DNA from: Corallochytrium limacisporum Hawaii
Lineage: Eukaryota > Protista > Pluriformea
DNA: 64,000 nucleotides
Direction of reading: 5' to 3'
Assembly (NCBI GenBank): GCA_002811645.1
Contig: PDIP01000012.1
Coordinates: forward strand, 178,452 to 242,451
The notes under the pieces are model-generated. The model worked only from the letters and a program-made list of their open reading frames with translations, ran no database searches and was not told where the DNA came from. Shown here piece after piece: positions 13,061 to 23,736 of this stretch (the stretch's first letter is position 1; each line of letters begins with the position of its first letter). Both the position numbers and the translations under genes were made by a program.

Positions 13061-14302
13061 TTAGGCGAACTGGGCAGCAAGGTGACGAGAGATAATCAGA
13101 CGTTGGATCTGGGCAGTACCTTCGTAGATTTGGAAGATCTTGGCATCGCGCATCAACTTCTCCACAGGGTACTCAGAGTTGAATCCGTTACCGCCAAAGA
13201 TCTGCACGGCGTCTGTGGCGTTCTTGTTGGCAACGTCAGCAGCCATGGCCTTAGCCAGAGAGGCGTAGTAGGTGTTGCGGCGCCCAGCATCAATCTCGAC
13301 CGCAGACTTGTAAGTCAGCAGACGGGAGGCCTCAACGCCGATGGCCATATCCGCGAGCATGGCACCAACGGCCTGGTGATTGATCAGGGGAGTGCCAAAA
13401 GTCTTGCGCTCTAGAGAGTACTTCATAGCCTCCTCCAGAGCACGGCGTCCAACACCGACGGCTCCAGAAGCTACCAACGGACGGGTCTTGTCGAAGGCAC
13501 CCATTGCAATCTTGAAGCCGATACCGACGTCAGACAGACGGTTCTCGTCAGGGACTTCGACATCCTCAAAGGTAATACCACGTGTATCGGAGGCACGCTG
13601 GCCCATGTTCCATTCCTTGCGGCCCAAGGTGATACCGGGACTGTCGGCGTCCACGATGAATCCGGTCATCGCCTTACCAGCAGAGGCGTTGGCGTCAGTC
13701 TTAGCCAGCACAAAGAACCAGTTGGCCACTCCACCGTTGGTGATCCACATCTTCTGTCCGTTAATAATCCACTTGTCGCCCTTCTTCTCAGCCTTGGTCT
13801 TGATACCAGCCACGTCGGAGCCGGCACCCGGTTCGGTAACAGCGTAGGCAGCCATAATGGGCTCCTCAATCAACCGACCGAGGTACTTCTTCTGCTGCTC
13901 CGGAGAGCCAGCCAGTAGAACGGGAGAGGTAGCCAGAGTATTGCCCTCAGCGGCGGTGGAGATACCGGAGCAACCGTACGCAAGCTCTTCACCCAGAATG
14001 CAACCCTCGAGAATTCCGAGGCCGAGACCACCAGCGTGCTCGGGGACGTGAGTGTTCAAGATACCCAAAGCGTGCATTTTCTTAATGATTTCCCAGGGAT
14101 ACTCACCAGTCTTGTCGTGGTGTGGGGCAGCGGGAATGACCTCGTCCCGCACAAACTTGCGGGCAGTCTCCTGGAACTCCTTCTGGTCGCTGGAGAGCTC
14201 GAAAGAGACACCGGACATGGCACGCCGGGTGGCCATAGCCAGGGCAGGAGCAGCCACGGAGGCGCGCCTGGAGACCAAGGGGACGCGAGACAGCAGAGAC
14301 AT
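13061..14302 (-). CDS. ACADM: Medium-chain acyl-CoA dehydrogenase, mitochondrial
   Basis: [44 protein letters not shown] and [14 protein letters not shown] motifs. Arg/Ser/Ala-rich presequence from the ATG at 14302. Confidence 0.97.
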   Translation of the reverse strand: MSLLSRVPLVSRRASVAAPALAMATRRAMSGVSFELSSDQKEFQETARKFVRDEVIPAAPHHDKTGEYPWEIIKKMHALGILNTHVPEHAGGLGLGILEGCILGEELAYGCSGISTAAEGNTLATSPVLLAGSPEQQKKYLGRLIEEPIMAAYAVTEPGAGSDVAGIKTKAEKKGDKWIINGQKMWITNGGVANWFFVLAKTDANASAGKAMTGFIVDADSPGITLGRKEWNMGQRASDTRGITFEDVEVPDENRLSDVGIGFKIAMGAFDKTRPLVASGAVGVGRRALEEAMKYSLERKTFGTPLINHQAVGAMLADMAIGVEASRLLTYKSAVEIDAGRRNTYYASLAKAMAADVANKNATDAVQIFGGNGFNSEYPVEKLMRDAKIFQIYEGTAQIQRLIISRHLAAQFA

Positions 14303-14366
14303 GTTTGCTATAAGATGAATTTCTTGTTTATGCCCAAACAAATAAACCTTGAGAGTTTGTAGATCG

Positions 14367-14453
14367 CTGTTATGGTATCTTGACCCATTGAGCTCAAATA
14401 GGAAGGCAGTGTTAGTGTAAGGGTGATTTGCTTGATCTAAAGATAGAACATAC
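14367..14453 (-). other. Candidate 5'-UTR intron of ACADM
   Basis: Minus-strand GTATGT donor (14453), CACTAAC branch (14417-14411) and CAG acceptor (14367). The acceptor choice is uncertain. Confidence 0.5.
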
Positions 14454-17400
14454 AAGTGCTACATCACCGTCGACCAACAAGCACAAAGACACTCTGTGCC
14501 GCAAACTGACTCCGAATAGATAATCTGACAGTAACGTTTGCAATGCAGTAGAAAAACCAAAGAGGAACTGAACAGCTACATCAAGAACACTACACACCAA
14601 TAAGAACCGCAGAACAGACTGGTAGGACCGCCCGTCGTCTCCCGTGCGCTGGTAGCGGCTCAACGAGGAGAAACATTGCCGTTGCCGCACAACTGTAGAC
14701 CTACAAAGTTGCGATCCTCCACCTAAAGATCTCGCTAACTATTTCCGCTGAACCACCCACGCTCAAGTAGAGAATGGCTGCCCTCCACGTAGGGCAAAGC
14801 ATTTCAAGATGCACAGGCAGATTTTGATGGATGATACGGTGGCGAAAATCACGTTGAACAGGGCCAGGTGTGCAACTACCAAATTCCCGGGCGTGCCTAC
14901 CAGACCGCACAACCGGACGGATTGCAGACCCTGGACTGTGTGTCCCCACCTCCTGCCCATGTGTTTCATGCGTCGATGGAACTCAGCGAGCACACAGGTA
15001 ATAGAACACGGCCTAGGTTTAGACAGACCATTGACGTAAACTCGACTACAATCGAAACTCAGGGAATGTTTTCAATTTTGGTTTGCAACAGTTGTTGCTT
15101 GTAGTAGCGGAGCATCAAGTAGAATTACGGCTGGCTGCTAAAGGGTGCGCTCTGTAGGTTTCCAGAGGAGGTGCAGTGGATGCAGCAGAAAGGAACCTAC
15201 AAAACAATTCAAGACATGCTGGAATTGGGCTCGGTTCGATGACATCCCCTCCTTTTCCGGATTTCACGCCGCCTTGCGACCGTGCGCTCACCCGTACAAA
15301 ATTTATGAACGTCCAAGTCCAGCAGGAGTGGTGCTAAAAGCAGGTCTGGGACGGGGAATTTTCGTTCTACTCGTCCCTCTGAGATCGCTTGCTCCGCGGA
15401 AAAGTGGAAGAAAACTTGGAGACGACACCATGATTGAGGAGGCGACCTGTTGGGCCGGCGGGCGGTGCGGTCCACCGACAGGTGTTCAGCTGGACCAACC
15501 AGAAGGCATATTTGCGACTCCTGGCCCAACCCTAAATGAAACTCCGTAACAGTCTTTCATCCTCAGGCTCTGATGGGACTTACTTCTTGGTCATCCTCGA
15601 AAGTGTTACAAGCCGGCGAGGACAGTACGGTTCCGGTACGACGGGCTGAAGAAGTGCGACATATGAGGGGCCTACAGACTTGGACATAAGGCATCCGTAG
15701 ATTCAGCACCCGGACAGAATGCGACGAGCTCTCGAAACGAGCCGTTTAGTGCTAGATTTGTCAGGCCCTATCCCATTGCTCGCTCTTGCACGGCGTGCGC
15801 CTTATACCGCGGAGGACCGACTCGGACCCAACTTTTGGCGTGAAAATTTAAAACTTTACGTATATAGAATTTACGATTTTTGTGCTTTTATATATTGTTT
15901 AACTATCGGCAGGAAACATTTCAAAGTCTCTACGCAAACGAGGTCACAATGGCCTAGATTCGAATATGATACGCGGTGAGAATTGGATTTAATATACCTT
16001 TACTCCACGGAGCATCGTGAAAGAGTCCACGCGGAAAATTGACCCAATCAGGCATGTCTGTATACCTATTTAAGAAATTGACAGTTTTGTAGGGCCAGGG
16101 GCTGTTGAAGGATACATCCTTCGTTCGTGTAAACCAGTGGCGTTTGAAAAGGATGGCAACGGCTCAGCTGTAGAGCGTTTCGACTACATCGTAGAGGACT
16201 ATAGAAGACTGTCTCATCGAGATCAGACCTCAAATCCATTGGGATCTCCACACTCAATCAGTTTACGGTGGTCGGATACACTTGCATGGCCATGCACATT
16301 ATAGATGGTAATGACTCGAGCACATCAATAATGGTGCAGCATGGCGCTTGCCATGCTAAGGATGTACACAGCAGTCGCAAGCCCTGGTATCCCTGGTGCT
16401 GAGGTCCTGACCTGGGATCAGGTGCTTACAATTATGCGACTCGTCAAAGCCACAGACAAGCCCATCTTCCTTCCACTATGAAAGTTTTTCAGTGACCCTT
16501 TGACGAGTACCATCATGCGCAGAGATAAAGATGAGGGTCTCGGCAGGGACACTCTGGTACCCGGAACATGAATTCAATTCGTTGGCATAGCGCCGTGATC
16601 AAATTGCGAATCTACCCAATGATTACGAACAGCATAGAACCAACCGGCCGTGACCGACCGCTCGCCATTGGGAGCATTGGCGAAGAGGCCGCTAGCGTAC
16701 TTACAAAGATATGATTTTCTTTCAGCAGTTTGTATGGCTTGAAATCATCCACTAGAATGTATTGACAAGTGAGTCACGTATTGCTCTTTGGCATACATAA
16801 ACTATGATGTTAACTAACTAGCCATTTTCCTGTGGAACAATCTTACCATCGTAGAGCTTAAAGGGCTCTCATCGGGGCATTCTCGACCATCTCATATGAC
16901 CTTCATATCACCACAACAGCATATTCTTTGTGGCGCTATCTGCGGACAAATTCACGTCACGAACTAGAAAGAAAATACACAAACACGGACACCGTGTGCG
17001 AAGGGTATGAGCACAGATTTAGCCGGGCGGGAACAGCGGTCATGAGCCAACTTGGACCAAACTCCATACTTAGCCAACCTGCAACCAAACGAGCCAAGAA
17101 AAATGGAGTGATGCACATGAACGGCTTGTAAAGAAGGACACACAGGCAGGACTCAATGGACGTGGTAACGGCCGGGATGGCGCATTCCATAGCTATAGAC
17201 CAGCACATTAAATATGAATTCGAGTCCAAGGAAAAATCCCAGGGGGTGGGGAGGGGGAGGCTGAGGGGAGCCTCCTCCCCAAATTCCTTGTTCCCGTTCC
17301 ACGTTTAAACGATGAGCAATATTCCTGTGAGGTCTTCTCCACCGAACCCCTTTTCGTTCTCGTACACACACACACACACAAGCAATTCCGAGGTTTGCGG

Positions 17401-17943
17401 TTTTTGCCTGCGAAAAATAGCTATATGTTTAGTACTACGCAATGTTCCAGAAGGACGCTCAACTGCGACTGGGCGGGGTGTCACATGTGCGAAAAGAGGT
17501 CCCGCGGGGTGATGGGAGTAATGGCAGCGGCGAATTCGTAGCAAACAGGACCACAGTCTCTCTGTCTGTCGGAACGGTTGTCTGTGGCACGGCAGCGTCC
17601 GGAGGTATGAAACCTACGGGACCAGGGAACGCGGAAGGGAGGACGCTGAAGGGGACGAAGAGGAGGAGTGCCCAGGAGGAAACAAGGGGAAGCAGGGGAC
17701 GGGGGAAGGAAGGAAGGAGGGGAGGGGGCAACAGTCGGAAGTGCGAGTTTCTTGTTGAAACCGCACCCCTTTGGTCATCTTTCTTTGCCAAGCTGGAATA
17801 CGCTTCTGGTTTCTCACCAAATAGGCCCGATACGGGCCCATCACCTGAGCAGTTGCGGGTTGCGATACTGGTATTCTGTGTCGGGTGACAAATAGGGTAT
17901 TGAGGTGACAGGAGTGTAGCCAGGCTATTTAGAGTAGCCGAAT

Positions 17944-18939
17944 ATGAATGCCTCTGCTGGCATTGGCCTGGAAAGGAAATATAAGTCTAGGATTGGCAAT
18001 CAGTTGATCATGCCTCCACACACACACAAAGTAGGCGAGGAGGTGTACACCTTCCGGGAACTTTTAGACACAGACAAGTCTGACGTGGCTGAGATCAGCA
18101 AGAACATTTACAATGGACTGGACTATATGATTCCGAACTACGAAAACTTGCTGAGCAACCCAGATATTGACTGGAGTGCATTAGTGAGCCCAGCGCATAA
18201 CAACAAGGTGCTGGCACTAGTAGGTATGCGCTATATTGATCACGGCGAAACTGTAACAGTGATAGCTCTGCGGGTCCATGAGGACTTCGGCGGACGCGGA
18301 TTGGCCCAGAAACTGGTCAATTGGGTCCTAAGTAATCTGCCAGAGCACCGAGCCAGGGATTTGAAACTGATCCGTGCAGTCTGCCAAAACGACAGCGTAT
18401 CACAGCACATCTTCACCAACCGATTCAATTTCGAAAAGCATAACCTGAGCTACTTCGCGGCTATTCTATGGAGCGATCTCACAGAACAGCACATTGACGA
18501 GCTTGAAGAGTACAAGACCGAAACCGTTGCACGCGTGGACGATGTCGATAAAGAACAGATAATTCGAAAGATTCGACAACTGGGATATGATTTCCTTGAC
18601 CTTGACTGGGTGCCCTACGCGCACATGGAGGAGACACCTCTTTGGAAAGCGGAGCGGGTCTTCGCGATCGAAGGACCGGAGACCATCTCCCACGCCTCAC
18701 TCGAGACCAAGATGGTCGGTAAACAGCTAGTCGCGACAGTCTACGCCAGCGAAAATGCAAAAGTAGAAGAAATCATCGCCCACCTGCAACAGATGTATCA
18801 TTTAGGACAGGAGCTTGGTTCAGTTGGGGCGCAATTGATTTTGCCTGATCAGGCACGGGAGGCTCTGGACCAGCACTTCTCCGGCATCTACGCCATGGCC
18901 AAGCCAAAGCGAATTACACAAAGGGCTTACAAGGTTTAG
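17944..18939 (+). CDS. GNAT N-acetyltransferase, NAT16/histidine N-acetyltransferase-like
   Basis: ISKNIYNGLDY motif resembles NAT16 (IYGGLDYLP); acetyl-CoA-binding motif A LRVHEDFGGRGLA. Alternative in-frame ATG at 18010. Confidence 0.8.
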   Translation: MNASAGIGLERKYKSRIGNQLIMPPHTHKVGEEVYTFRELLDTDKSDVAEISKNIYNGLDYMIPNYENLLSNPDIDWSALVSPAHNNKVLALVGMRYIDHGETVTVIALRVHEDFGGRGLAQKLVNWVLSNLPEHRARDLKLIRAVCQNDSVSQHIFTNRFNFEKHNLSYFAAILWSDLTEQHIDELEEYKTETVARVDDVDKEQIIRKIRQLGYDFLDLDWVPYAHMEETPLWKAERVFAIEGPETISHASLETKMVGKQLVATVYASENAKVEEIIAHLQQMYHLGQELGSVGAQLILPDQAREALDQHFSGIYAMAKPKRITQRAYKV

Positions 18940-19014
18940 GTAAGTTCGTGCTAGATGTATTGTTAGAATATAGTTACAGTTCTCGTTCTTATGTATTACA
19001 CTAAATGTTAAAGT

Positions 19015-19278
19015 TCAATATGATATGGGATCGTTGGATGGATACATCAAGGCGTAGGTCAAACCCAGTTCAACTAGGCTGATTGCGGCAATCATGGGCA
19101 TTCCCAGTGCCATATTGTTGCGGTCTGCAACTTCTGTGCCAGCATCAATGTCTTCATCACGTTCTTCAGACATGATCTTCGGGACTTCGTCACCCTGCTC
19201 CACCTCAGACTTCGACTCACTCCATAAGGTAGAGTCAAGACACATAGTGGCGTCGGTTTCTATTGTCGTCTCGGTCAT
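19015..19278 (-). CDS. Small acidic protein with C-terminal hydrophobic segment (tail-anchored candidate)
   Basis: 87-aa ATG ORF with acidic N-terminus and hydrophobic C-terminal stretch (LGMPMIAAISLVELGLTYALMY). Converges on the GNAT gene across a short AT-rich spacer. Confidence 0.5.
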   Translation of the reverse strand: MTETTIETDATMCLDSTLWSESKSEVEQGDEVPKIMSEERDEDIDAGTEVADRNNMALGMPMIAAISLVELGLTYALMYPSNDPISY

Positions 19279-20634
19279 TCACTCCAGTGATTCAATCAAC
19301 CTACATAATGCAGTCGCAGTTCTCGCGCACTCTCAGACCGGTCTTAATACTGCTTTCTTACCAACCATAGAAGAGTCACTTTTGTAATGTTCATGCCTCG
19401 TTTCCTCAAGTACCTATGATGGTACCCCAGATCTCTTCATTTTTGGGTTGCCCCAAGCGATCTAACCCGCCGTTTCTGGGGACGATACAAACTCCAGAAA
19501 TTAGAGTCCAAGAATCTTGTCTTGGAACTTGAGAACCTCCATTGAGGCCGTTCCCATCCCTACGGCCAAAAAACCATCGATTTGGAGCGTCTCCCCAATT
19601 AAAGTGATGCAAAGGACCCGCAGAGAAAGGTGGGCACGGCGGCAAATGAACTCAAGCCCCCCTTCAAACCCGCCAGCCCCTTGAACCCGCCTTTCTCCTT
19701 GGGGTTCGCTTGGGGCCCGGTCCCAAAAATCTTTTGGGCCTTCGTTGCAGCCAGGAGCTTCCAGCCCAGATGCCCCGAGAAGGAAAAGGGCCCCAAAATT
19801 TTCCACCGAGGGAACAGTGAGGCGAGGAAAGCTGGATAGACGGCCACTGCCCCTAAGAAAAGTGGACGCAGGGGGATGGCCTAGGCGGGGCATTATTTGG
19901 GTACTGACCCGCCCCTGTCTGCCTCGCCCATTTTTTTTTGGGGCCCCCGCAGGATTTTGTCCTTTGGGATCCGGCTCCCTTTGCACGCTCACCAGCGCCA
20001 CAGACGAGAGACGTATGAGTGCGTACTGCTTAACTCGTATGTCGCCAACGGCGGCACCTGAGAAACGCTACTTCTCCAACAAAGCTACCGGGTGCCCGGG
20101 GGCAACATGTCTATATAGGAGCATCTCTGGTAGCAAGTTGACAGGTGTGAAGGAAGCGTTGATGAAGGAGCTTGCTAGGGAAGACAACGGTATGAATTCC
20201 AGAGACAGACATGGTCACTGCGCCAGTACAGCGGTCTCAGTGTGCAACTTTTCGGGATGCTCGAGGATGTCTGCCGCGGCTGCCTTGGGCTAATGAGAGG
20301 TTAATTGGGGTGTAACATGGAAAATATAGAATTGTACGTGAGACTCGTGGGTTCATGGTTTGGAAGTTGTCCCTAGTTGGGTCTTGAGGAGACCTCGTTT
20401 GACGGGACACTGGCACTCACAGTCGCCAGAAGCTACAGGGACGATGCGGGCTTTTCTCTATATTTGGGGACGAGTGATGTACTGCCCGTTCTCTGGGGCA
20501 GGAGTGAAATCCGTGTGCCCCTGGGCGATTGATTGTGGTTCCCTTGGACAAGTGGCCCACCGACGAGAGAAAATCTATGACCTCGTTACACCAAACCTGG
20601 GTATGGGGTAATAGATCCCACAGTCAAACATTTA

Positions 20635-20665
20635 CCAACCTCTGCCCCATAAGTTAAGGAGGAAT
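20635..20665 (+). repeat. Left terminal inverted repeat (31 bp)
   Basis: Exact reverse complement of 22960-22990. Confidence 0.95.
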
Positions 20666-21704
20666 TTAGGTTTATAGGGTCGCAACCTTCTTTGAATCAA
20701 ATAAATCGTATCACATTTGATTTCTTCCCCTTCCCGCCCTTTTCCCGCACCCTCTTCACTCGTCCTTTTTGACGACCAGTCGTTGTGGTACTTCAGATGN
20801 NNNNNNNNNNNNNNNNNNNNNNNNNNNNNNNNNNNNNNNNNNNNNNNNNNNNNNNNNNNNNNNNNNNNNNNNNNNNNNNNNNNNNNNNNNNNNNNNNNNN
20901 NNNNNNNNNNNNNNNNNNNNNNNNNNNNNNNNNNNNNNNNNNNNNNNNNNNNNNNNNNNNNNNNNNNNNNNNNNNNNNNNNNNNNNNNNNNNNNNNNNNN
21001 NNNNNNNNNNNNNNNNNNNNNNNNNNNNNNNNNNNNNNNNNNNNNNNNNNNNNNNNNNNNNNNNNNNNNNNNNNNNNNNNNNNNNNNNNNNNNNNNNNNN
21101 NNNNNNNNNNNNNNNNNNNNNNNNNNNNNNNNNNNNNNNNNNNNNNNNNNNNNNNNNNNNNNNNNNNNNNNNNNNNNNNNNNNNNNNNNNNNNNNNNNNN
21201 NNNNNNNNNNNNNNNNNNNNNNNNNNNNNNNNNNNNNNNNNNNNNNNNNNNNNNNNNNNNNNNNNNNNNNNNNNNNNNNNNNNNNNNNNNNNNNNNNNNN
21301 NNNNNNNNNNNNNNNNNNNNNNNNNNNNNNNNNNNNNNNNNNNNNNNNNNNNNNNNNNNNNNNNNNNNNNNNNNNNNNNNNNNNNNNNNNNNNNNNNNNN
21401 NNNNNNNNNNNNNNNNNNNNNNNNNNNNNNNNNNNNNNNNNNNNNNNNNNNNNNNNNNNNNNNNNNNNNNNNNNNNNNNNNNNNNNNNNNNNNNNNNNNN
21501 NNNNNNNNNNNNNNNNNNNNNNNNNNNNNNNNNNNNNNNNNNNNNNNNNNNNNNNNNNNNNNNNNNNNNNNNNNNNNNNNNNNNNNNNNNNNNNNNNNNN
21601 NNNNNNNNNNNNNNNNNNNNNNNNNNNNNNNNNNNNNNNNNNNNNNNNNNNNNNNNNNNNNNNNNNNNNNNNNNNNNNNNNNNNNNNNNNNNNNNNNNNN
21701 NNTT

Positions 21705-22802
21705 GATGAGAAATGGTTCGATGGCCGCAAAGCGGTGGAGAGAAGATATGTCCCAGGTTCGTATGACGAGGAGCTCATCAGAAGGGGAAAGAACAAGAAA
21801 GCAGGAGGAATTCGTGCTATGTTCATCACCGCCGTTGCGCGACCACGAGAGGTGAAAACGAGAAAAAGGACGAGCATGTGGAGCACGACAGTGAACGATG
21901 AGCACTTCGATGGAAAACTTGCGTTTTATCCATGCGTTGAAGTGAAAGCAGCAGTTCGGAACAGTAGGAATCGTGCAGCGGGAACGCCGATTATGGTCAA
22001 TAAGAACGTAAACCAGGATCTGTATGCTAAATTCATGAGCGAAACACTAATTCCGGCTATTGTGGCGCAGTGGCCAGTGGATTGGGACAGGGGTCGGAAA
22101 ATCAGGATCGTTCATGACAATGCACCCTCCCATAGAAAGGTTGAACTTGATGATAGGGTTGTGTGTGCTCTGTTGTGGGCGAGGACTGTGCGTGGTCTGG
22201 AAATTGTGTTCGTGAATCAGCCAGCATGTAGTCCAGACATGAACGTACTGGACAATGGTGTTTTCCGAAGCCTCGACGCCAATCGCAATAGACCATATGC
22301 AGCAAGTCTCGAGCATGCTGTTGAGAACACCACAAATGATTGGGAAGAATACAACAGCAGTGGTATAAACAAGAGCTTTGATACTGTTGGTCTCAATCTA
22401 GGGGTTGTGATGGAGAATGGAGGCGAGATCATGCCCCGCATGCGTCATTTCTACAAGGATATGGCTAAGAGACACGGAACTTTTGAGAAGTTATTCGTAG
22501 TCCCTGAGACTGTGATCAAAATTGCGGCGGCAAAGATACTGGAACTGAAAGCTGAAGTTGCAGCTTTGCAGCAAGGGCATGAGGTCCAGCGAGCGGAAGT
22601 TGCCAATTTGCAGCAGGGGTATGAGGCCCAGCAAGCTGAAATTGCCGATTTGCAGCTGGAGCATGAAGTCCAGCGAACTGAAATTGCCGATTTGCAAGGT
22701 ATCGTGCTTGTCATGAAAGATGGTATCAATGATTTACGACAGACAATACGAGGAGACACTGAATCCCAGACGCAGAGTGCCTTCACTGCAACACCAGCTT
22801 GA
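21705..22802 (+). CDS. Mariner-like transposase, catalytic domain plus coiled-coil extension (5' part hidden in gap)
   Basis: DEKWF ... MFITAVARPR ... FDGKL ... R.SRNR.AGT ... HDNAPSH ... QPACSPDMNVLDNGVF, hallmark motifs of DD39D-type transposases. Reading frame uninterrupted to TGA at 22802. Confidence 0.93.
   Translation, partial: DEKWFDGRKAVERRYVPGSYDEELIRRGKNKKAGGIRAMFITAVARPREVKTRKRTSMWSTTVNDEHFDGKLAFYPCVEVKAAVRNSRNRAAGTPIMVNKNVNQDLYAKFMSETLIPAIVAQWPVDWDRGRKIRIVHDNAPSHRKVELDDRVVCALLWARTVRGLEIVFVNQPACSPDMNVLDNGVFRSLDANRNRPYAASLEHAVENTTNDWEEYNSSGINKSFDTVGLNLGVVMENGGEIMPRMRHFYKDMAKRHGTFEKLFVVPETVIKIAAAKILELKAEVAALQQGHEVQRAEVANLQQGYEAQQAEIADLQLEHEVQRTEIADLQGIVLVMKDGINDLRQTIRGDTESQTQSAFTATPA
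22551..22698 (+). repeat. About 3.5 copies of a 42-bp coding repeat (14-aa AEVA.LQ..HEVQR unit)
   Basis: Units start at 22551, 22593, 22635 and 22677. Confidence 0.9.
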
Positions 22803-22959
22803 TCGTCACTCACAGTATTGAAGAATTGTTTTGAATCATATAAATCGTACTAATTCAATTATTTGATTTATGTTTTACTGACCGTGACCTGGAATGGTGT
22901 GGAAATGGAGAAAAAATCAGAATCTCCCTCCTTATATTACGGTGCATGTTTTTAGGCAG

Positions 22960-22990
22960 ATTCCTCCTTAACTTATGGGGCAGAGGTTGG
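22960..22990 (-). repeat. Right terminal inverted repeat (31 bp)
   Basis: ATTCCTCCTTAACTTATGGGGCAGAGGTTGG followed by TA. Confidence 0.95.
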
Positions 22991-23736
22991 TATATGCTTG
23001 CTTCAAGCATGTGTTGATCAACCAAATGCCTCAATGAAACGGCATTCCTAAGGGTGCGCAATTGGATAGACTGTCCCTGAGAAGCTTTGCTACGAAAACA
23101 CTTGCAAGAGCGGTCCATGCACAAAGGCACACGATCCTTAGAGGTGCCATAACCCGTCGCTGTTAAACGTAGGGCAACCACCCTGCGTGATGGAATCTCT
23201 GGGCTGCAGCATCGAGTTTTTGGGGCGAACAGGGGGGGGAGGGGCTGGGTGGGCAGCGGTTTCTTAGCCGAGCTTGTACCAGAACGGTAGTGCCAGTGTT
23301 CCCCTTCTTTCCTTTTTCCTGTGGCTCTCCCCACCCCTTCCCTAGCCCCCTGTTTCTGGGCTATTGGTCTCTCCGGTCGCCACGCATTTACGGGGCCACA
23401 GGGGAAGTGGTGGATCTGGGGACGAACCCTAAGCAGTACATTCACTATGAGAACCTCCGGGATCTCTACTATTTCACTATCAAACTCTGAACTCATATAC
23501 CGGTGTGCACTATTTGGGCGCGAAGAATTTGGGAGGACCTGCTCTCATCCTCCCCCCCGGGGGAGGGGGGTTTGGGAGAGGGTTTGTGGGTTTGCTGAGG
23601 GTCTCACTCGCTGATCTACTGTATTGTTATTTCAGCGGCACTGTGTCGAATAAATGGGCGAGGTTCATGGTGACAGACCTGTATTACAGCCATTTGATCA
23701 CCACATCTTAGTGTGATAAACTTGTAGACGAATAGA

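Larger units (their letters stand above)
20635..22990 (+). mobile_element. Tc1/mariner-superfamily DNA transposon (DD39D/GT-like lineage), full length with TIRs
   Basis: Perfect 31-bp TIRs CCAACCTCTGCCCCATAAGTTAAGGAGGAAT (20635-20665 and reverse complement at 22960-22990), flanked by TA (20633-34, 22991-92). Internal transposase ORF; internal N gap at 20800-21702. Confidence 0.95.

Noticed and set aside
14303-14455. N-terminal extension of ACADM in the ORF track
   Set aside because: Non-ATG start; the sequence looks like 5' UTR or intron, and a typical presequence begins at ATG 14302.
22551-22698. Regular repeats as a possible CRISPR-like array
   Set aside because: The units are contiguous in-frame coding repeats with no unique spacers.
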